Assembly (NCBI GenBank): GCA_964384025.1
Contig: CAYLJJ010000006.1
Coordinates: 4,492-68,491, forward strand
DNA length: 64,000 bases
Direction of reading: 5' to 3'
Source of the DNA: an uncultured Nannocystaceae bacterium
GTDB taxonomy: Bacteria; Myxococcota_A; Bradymonadia; UBA7976; UBA1532
Shown piece after piece: positions 59,087 to 64,000 of the stretch. The number at the start of each line of letters is the position of its first letter. The stretch's first letter is position 1. The translations under genes were made by a program, and so were the position numbers. The notes beneath the pieces are model-generated. The model was not told where the DNA came from. It searched no databases and saw nothing but the letters and a program-made list of their open reading frames with translations.

Positions 59087-59212
59087 TCTCTTTCCTTCCG
59101 CTCAGCGAGCCTGCTGGCTCTCGACACTCCCATATGCAGTTTTTCTTCCCAGAGGAAGTAAGAAAAGAGGGAGGAGTCACTTGAGCCTCGAAGATTTCGC
59201 TATATTCCCCCT

Positions 59213-62200
59213 TTGGCTCAAAGGAGATCGAGCATGTGGCGACGCCTTGGACTTCTGCTCCTCCTCTCTTTTTCTGCTTGTGACGGCAGCAGGGATGAAG
59301 GAGACACGGCGCTACCCACACCGGATTGTTGTGAGCAAGAGCCAGGGGCTTGCGCGGATGGCCTGGACAATGATGAGAATGGCCTCATCGATCTCGATGA
59401 TCCTGGCTGTGAGGGACCCGATGATCCAGAGGAGGCCTCCAAGCAGTGCACCAACAGCCTGGACGATGATGGAGATGGGCGTATCGATCTGAGGGATCCA
59501 GGCTGTAGCAATGCTGAAGATGATGATGAGTCTGACGAGCCCCTCGCGGCCTGCTCTGATGGCTTGGACAACGACGGGGATGAGCGTATCGATTTCCCTG
59601 ATGATCCGGGCTGTGGCTCGCTCATGGATGGAGATGAGCTGGATGAAACCACAGCTCAACGCGCCTGCGCCGATGGCTTGGATAATGATGGAGATCACCT
59701 CATCGATCTGGAGGACCCTGGCTGTGCTCATGAGATGAGCCCCCGAGAGCTGGATCCAGATCCTCTCCCCCAATGCTCCAATCAGGAGGATGATGATGAG
59801 GATGGTCTGATCGACTTTCCTCTGGAGCCAGGCTGTGTCTCAGCGGGAGATGATGATGAGAGAAACCCTGAGCAGGCTCCCCGCTGCGCCAACGGCTTAG
59901 ATGATGATCAAGATGGCCGCGCAGATTACCCCGTAGATCCAGGCTGTCTCGCTGTAGGCGATGACTCTGAGCTGGATCCAGAGCAGCCCCCAGCCTGCGC
60001 CGATGGCTTGGATAATGATCGGGATGGCCGCTTTGACTATCCCGAAGATCGAGGATGTCGCAGCGCCTCGGATGGAGGAGAGCGGGTCGCTTGTGGGGAC
60101 CTTGATGTGGTGGAGTTGCCGGGCTCGCTGGTTCGAGGAGATACAAGAGGAGGGCGCTTTGAAGCTGCTGGGAGCTGTGGAGGCGCGGGTTCGGCAGAGA
60201 TCGTCTATCTCTACCATCTGAGTGAGAGCGTAGAGGCGCTCAGCTTTCGCAGTCGAGGTGAGCTGGAGAGCACCCTCTACCTCCGTGAACGCTGCGCCGC
60301 TCCTCAAAGCGAGCTTGCCTGTCATCAAGGGGCCCTGGAGGGCAGAGAGGAGAATCAGATCAGCCTGAGCTGGCCTCCCCCTGGAGACTACTTTCTCTTC
60401 GTAGATGGAAGCTCTGGGCGTGGGGGCGCCTTTGAGCTGGAGCTGGAGCTGCTCTCTCTGGCGGAGTGCCGCAACCATCACGATGATGATGAGGATGGTC
60501 TCATTGACTACCCCTTTGATCCAGGCTGTGAGTCGCATGAGGATCGCAGCGAGTCCGACCCTGAGATCCCCCCTCTCTGCGCTGATGGTGAGGACAACGA
60601 CGCGGATGGCTTGACCGACTTTCCTTTTGATCAGGGCTGTCAGGACGCTGCGGATCAAGATGAGCTGGATCTCTGTGGTCAGGGGGTTCCTGTTCGCAGC
60701 ATCGATCTGGGGGGCTTTGAGGGGCGGGTGGAGCCTCGCAGCAGCAGCCTGCGGGGAAGCTGTGGCCGCAACAATCAGGGGGAGCATATCTTCCACTACA
60801 TCAACCCCTTTAACGCCCGCCTGAGCTTCGCTCTAGAAGGAGCCAGCAGCGAACTGAGCCTCTATCTGCGCTCCAGCTGCTTGCTCAACAGCAGTGAGCT
60901 GGGTTGTCGGCTGATCATGCCAGGGTTGATGAGCAGCTTGCAGGTTGAGCGCGTGGCGCCCGGAGACTATTTCATCATCATCGATCAGCTTCAAGGCGCC
61001 CAGGAGTTGAAGCTCTCTATCCACTCTGAGCGTCTGCCTCCAGGCTGCCGGGACGGGATCGATAACGATGAAGATGGCTTTATCGATGCTGATGACCCGG
61101 GCTGCCGTGAGCCAGATGATGAGGATGAGCGAGATGAGGGAGTGTCCGTCTGTAACAACGGCTTGGATGATGACGAAGATGGGCTCATCGACTTCCCGAT
61201 GGATCCCGGCTGTATCTGTCGAGGGGCGCTCGATGAGAGCAACCCTGTGGTCTCTCCCAGCTGCCTTAACGGCCTGGATGATGATGATGATGGTCTGGTG
61301 GACTATCCCGAAGATGAGGGCTGCTATGGCGCGGGGGATCTGGATGAGGAGAGCGAGGGGCGACCTCAATGTAGCAACCGCATCGACGATGATGAGGATG
61401 ATCTCCTGGACTACCCCTTTGATCCCGGCTGCGCCGCCCCAGGGGGGCTGAGTGAGGCTGATCCTGAGCTTCTACCGGAGTGCGCCGATGGCCTGGATAA
61501 TGATCGGGATGGCCTCCTGGATTTTCCCTTTGAGCCCGGTTGCCGCTCGGCAGGGGATGACTCAGAGCATGATCCTCAGCCCCCCGCGCGCTGTAGCAAT
61601 GATCGAGATGATGATGAAGATGGGATCATCGACTTCCCCAGGGATCCAGGCTGTAGTCACGCAGGAGATGGAGATGAAGAGGATCCCGCCTTTCAGCCTC
61701 AGTGTGGCAACGGCCTAGATGATGATCGCAATGGCCGTATTGACTTCCCTGATGATCCAGGCTGCAGTTTTGCGGCTGATGCCCGTGAAGATGGCCTGGG
61801 TGCTCCCCCAAGACGCTGCGCTGATGGAGTGGACAATGATGACGATGGCAGCATCGATCTGGCTGATCCAGGCTGCGCCACGCCTCGGGATGACGATGAA
61901 GAGGATCTGGAGATCGAGCCCTACTGCGCGGATGGGATCGACAATGATGAAGATGGTCAGGTGGACTGGCCCGAGGATGAGGGTTGCACCGCGCGAGGAG
62001 ATCTCTGTGAAGAGCGGGGCTATGGTTTTTGTGAGTCGGGTTGTTTGGATATCCAAGCAGATCCAGAGAACTGTGGCCGATGTGAGCACCGCTGCAATCC
62101 AGGCGTAGAGTGCATTGATGGCTTCTGTGGTGGGCTCTTTGTGTTTGAAGGGATTCGCCAGGACATAGATGAAGAACTCTTGGGAGGCTGGCGACGCTGC

Positions 62201-62596
62201 CATCAAGACACCTACGCTGATCAGGGGAGCTTGGCTCAGATTCAAGCGCGCTGTGATGGTGAGTATGTGATGTACGGTTGTCGGCAGGTGGGCAGCGAGG
62301 AGTGGGCTCTCTTGGCGATGGGGAGGCGGGAGATGGTTTTTCGTGATACCGGCCCCCGCAACGATCTGACCCGCGAAAACGGCGTAGATTGGTATTTTAG
62401 TCAGCAGGCCAGCATCGGCTTTGTGCCTGTGGGTACTGGAGTCGAGCGAAACACCTGCGACACCCTCCAGATCCAAGCTGAGCTGCGACTCTGTTGGCAC
62501 AGCAACGGAGGGCAGATCTCCTCAGGTTATCGCTGTGGAGCCAACAGCCTCAATGGAGATCGGGGTTGGGAGCGAGGGATCTTTACCAACGATTGA
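59213..62596 (+). CDS. 1127-aa secreted lipoprotein with about 25 Cys-bracketed Asp-rich CADGLDNDxDGxIDxPxDPGC repeats, two interspersed beta-sandwich modules and a Cys-rich C-terminal domain
   Basis: Lipobox LLLLSFSACDG. Repeats read directly from the translation. DxDxDG resembles calcium-binding loops. Confidence 0.6.
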   Translation: MAQRRSSMWRRLGLLLLLSFSACDGSRDEGDTALPTPDCCEQEPGACADGLDNDENGLIDLDDPGCEGPDDPEEASKQCTNSLDDDGDGRIDLRDPGCSNAEDDDESDEPLAACSDGLDNDGDERIDFPDDPGCGSLMDGDELDETTAQRACADGLDNDGDHLIDLEDPGCAHEMSPRELDPDPLPQCSNQEDDDEDGLIDFPLEPGCVSAGDDDERNPEQAPRCANGLDDDQDGRADYPVDPGCLAVGDDSELDPEQPPACADGLDNDRDGRFDYPEDRGCRSASDGGERVACGDLDVVELPGSLVRGDTRGGRFEAAGSCGGAGSAEIVYLYHLSESVEALSFRSRGELESTLYLRERCAAPQSELACHQGALEGREENQISLSWPPPGDYFLFVDGSSGRGGAFELELELLSLAECRNHHDDDEDGLIDYPFDPGCESHEDRSESDPEIPPLCADGEDNDADGLTDFPFDQGCQDAADQDELDLCGQGVPVRSIDLGGFEGRVEPRSSSLRGSCGRNNQGEHIFHYINPFNARLSFALEGASSELSLYLRSSCLLNSSELGCRLIMPGLMSSLQVERVAPGDYFIIIDQLQGAQELKLSIHSERLPPGCRDGIDNDEDGFIDADDPGCREPDDEDERDEGVSVCNNGLDDDEDGLIDFPMDPGCICRGALDESNPVVSPSCLNGLDDDDDGLVDYPEDEGCYGAGDLDEESEGRPQCSNRIDDDEDDLLDYPFDPGCAAPGGLSEADPELLPECADGLDNDRDGLLDFPFEPGCRSAGDDSEHDPQPPARCSNDRDDDEDGIIDFPRDPGCSHAGDGDEEDPAFQPQCGNGLDDDRNGRIDFPDDPGCSFAADAREDGLGAPPRRCADGVDNDDDGSIDLADPGCATPRDDDEEDLEIEPYCADGIDNDEDGQVDWPEDEGCTARGDLCEERGYGFCESGCLDIQADPENCGRCEHRCNPGVECIDGFCGGLFVFEGIRQDIDEELLGGWRRCHQDTYADQGSLAQIQARCDGEYVMYGCRQVGSEEWALLAMGRREMVFRDTGPRNDLTRENGVDWYFSQQASIGFVPVGTGVERNTCDTLQIQAELRLCWHSNGGQISSGYRCGANSLNGDRGWERGIFTND

Positions 62597-62620
62597 GGCT
62601 GGGCTCAAACCAGGCTTCGA

Positions 62621-64000
62621 CTATCCAATGTTGCAGCTCTTGAGCATCTCAGCTTTGGAGAGAAAAAAGGCAAAGGGAGGCAGGTTATCCTCAAGCTGCT
62701 CCAGCCCCTCTAAGAGCTTAAGGAGTTGCTTAGGGGGTGCCTTTCCTGCAGTCATCCCTTCAGCCAAGCAGAGACGGAGTTGATCTGGCTCACGCTTCAG
62801 GAGCTGGAGAATCAGCGCCTGAGCACGTCCAGGCTCCAGGCCTGCTGGCGCAGACTTCAACGCCAAGCTGCGCCCTCCAAAGGGCTCTATCTCCAAGCCC
62901 AGGATCTTTAAAGCCTCTTTACGCTGCTCAAATTTGCGGTGCTGTGCCTCGCTCAACTCCAAACGGATGGGTTGCCCCAGGGGGATCGACATGGGTGCTT
63001 TCTGGAGACGCTCATAGAGCAACCGCGTAAAGGCTCGCTCAGCGTGGAGCATGAGTAAGCCATCAGCGGCGGCATAGAGCAGAAAGGGAGCCAAGTTGCC
63101 AACAGGCTTCAAGCGGTCAAAGGGGATCTTCCCCAGCTCAGGGCGATACCCCAGCTCAGGGAGATGGCGAGGCTCTTCAAAGGCAGGTAGGGGGAAGCTG
63201 CTGGGCTCCTCAAGGGCAGGCTGAGGGGGGCTCTGAGGGGTTGAGGCGCTCTTGGATTCAGCGGCCTCTTCTGAGGAACTCAGATCGAGCTGAACCTCTC
63301 CTGGGGGCTCAGAGCTTCGATTGAGGGGCGGCAGCGGGGGGGGAGACCAGCTTGTTCGAGGCGGCAGCTCCTCATGCTCCTCAGAGCCCCCCTCACGTTT
63401 CTCCATGATGCGCTCCATCACGTTGAAGATACGACGGCGGTGAGCTTCGAGCTGCTCACCCGACTCCTCAGGCATGATTGAAGGCGATTTAGAGTTCTCT
63501 CTCCAGGGCTCTTGCCGTAGACAGGCATCCAGGGTCTTATTGACCAAGCGGTGAATCAGCCCTGTCTCTACAAAGCGCACCTCGGTTTTAGCGGGGTGGA
63601 CGTTTACATCCACCGCCTCAGGGGGGATGTTCAGCTTGAGGACCACAAAGGGATGCCGCCCTCGCTCCAGGCGATTGCCATAGGCGGCCTGAACAGCAGC
63701 CATGATCACTCGATCGCGGACATAACGACCGTTAACAAATGTGTGATAGTGCCGTGGGCTGGCTCGTGCCGCCGAGGGGGGACCGATGAGGCCTTCGAGG
63801 CTCAGAGGACCAGAGCCACCCACCGCCTTAAGATCCTCCGAGAGCTTCCCCCGAAAGAGCGCCATGACTCGATCCAGAAGCTGCTTATGCCGGGGCAGAT
63901 CCAGGCTGCTGCGTCCATCCTTGATAAAGCGAAAAGCGACATCATGTCGGCTCAGAGCCATCCTCTGGATTATATCGAGGATATGGTTGCTCTCGGTGTT
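62621..64000 (-). CDS. mutL: DNA mismatch repair protein MutL (C-terminal two thirds; N-terminus beyond the window edge)
   Basis: DVNVHPAKTEVRF signature and RHYHTFVNGRYVRD. ORF is open at the window end. Confidence 0.8.
   Translation of the reverse strand, partial: NTESNHILDIIQRMALSRHDVAFRFIKDGRSSLDLPRHKQLLDRVMALFRGKLSEDLKAVGGSGPLSLEGLIGPPSAARASPRHYHTFVNGRYVRDRVIMAAVQAAYGNRLERGRHPFVVLKLNIPPEAVDVNVHPAKTEVRFVETGLIHRLVNKTLDACLRQEPWRENSKSPSIMPEESGEQLEAHRRRIFNVMERIMEKREGGSEEHEELPPRTSWSPPPLPPLNRSSEPPGEVQLDLSSSEEAAESKSASTPQSPPQPALEEPSSFPLPAFEEPRHLPELGYRPELGKIPFDRLKPVGNLAPFLLYAAADGLLMLHAERAFTRLLYERLQKAPMSIPLGQPIRLELSEAQHRKFEQRKEALKILGLEIEPFGGRSLALKSAPAGLEPGRAQALILQLLKREPDQLRLCLAEGMTAGKAPPKQLLKLLEGLEQLEDNLPPFAFFLSKAEMLKSCNIG

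Noticed and set aside
59218-62500. Numerous minus-strand ORFs (up to 299 aa) antisense to the giant repeat gene, and similar antisense ORFs inside the cas genes (e.g. 8959..9390, 10431..10817, 11696..12140, 12942..13547)
   Set aside because: High GC and repeat structure suppress stop codons on the opposite strand. The sense-strand products have clear motifs, while the antisense ones are low-complexity with no signals.

Overview
High-GC (~60%) bacterial chromosomal segment. The MopE-type CxDGxDNDCDGxxDE cysteine/aspartate repeats, the abundance of secreted lipoproteins and the sigma-54/ECF regulators suggest a Myxococcota- or Bradymonadota-like deltaproteobacterium (inference). Most of the window is ordinary core genome: a hybrid histidine kinase, truC-like pseudouridine synthase, lgt, miaB, a GAF sigma-54 activator, rpsF-rpsR-rplI-dnaB, hppA, the tRNA-Gln-prs-ctc-pth block, two HU genes, ugd plus an epimerase, mutL, and many secreted repeat proteins. 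The standout is a six-gene, translationally coupled operon on the minus strand (7521..14903) that has the hallmarks of a type III CRISPR-Cas effector module. It encodes a short Cas10-like protein with an intact Palm1 GIQxF motif, a treble-clef zinc finger and a Palm2 GDGN...GGDD cyclase motif, but no HD nuclease domain. This is followed by a 735-aa protein carrying three RAMP G-rich loops, three further Cas7 (Csm3/Cmr4-like) RAMP proteins, and a terminal repeat-containing protein. No CRISPR array, cas6, cas1/cas2, or CARF/SAVED effector is present anywhere in the 64 kb. The operon lies between a truC-like gene and tRNA-Lys/tRNA-Glu. Secondary points of interest are a radical-SAM/SPASM maturase next to a Tat-signal Tyr/Pro repeat protein, a low-GC islet encoding a lipoprotein with an LDL-receptor class A module, a compositionally mosaic epimerase gene, a 1127-aa calcium-binding-like repeat protein, and ribosomal protein S18 with a Gly/Arg-rich N-terminal extension. 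Gene starts are approximate because the ORF track uses ATG, GTG and TTG starts.
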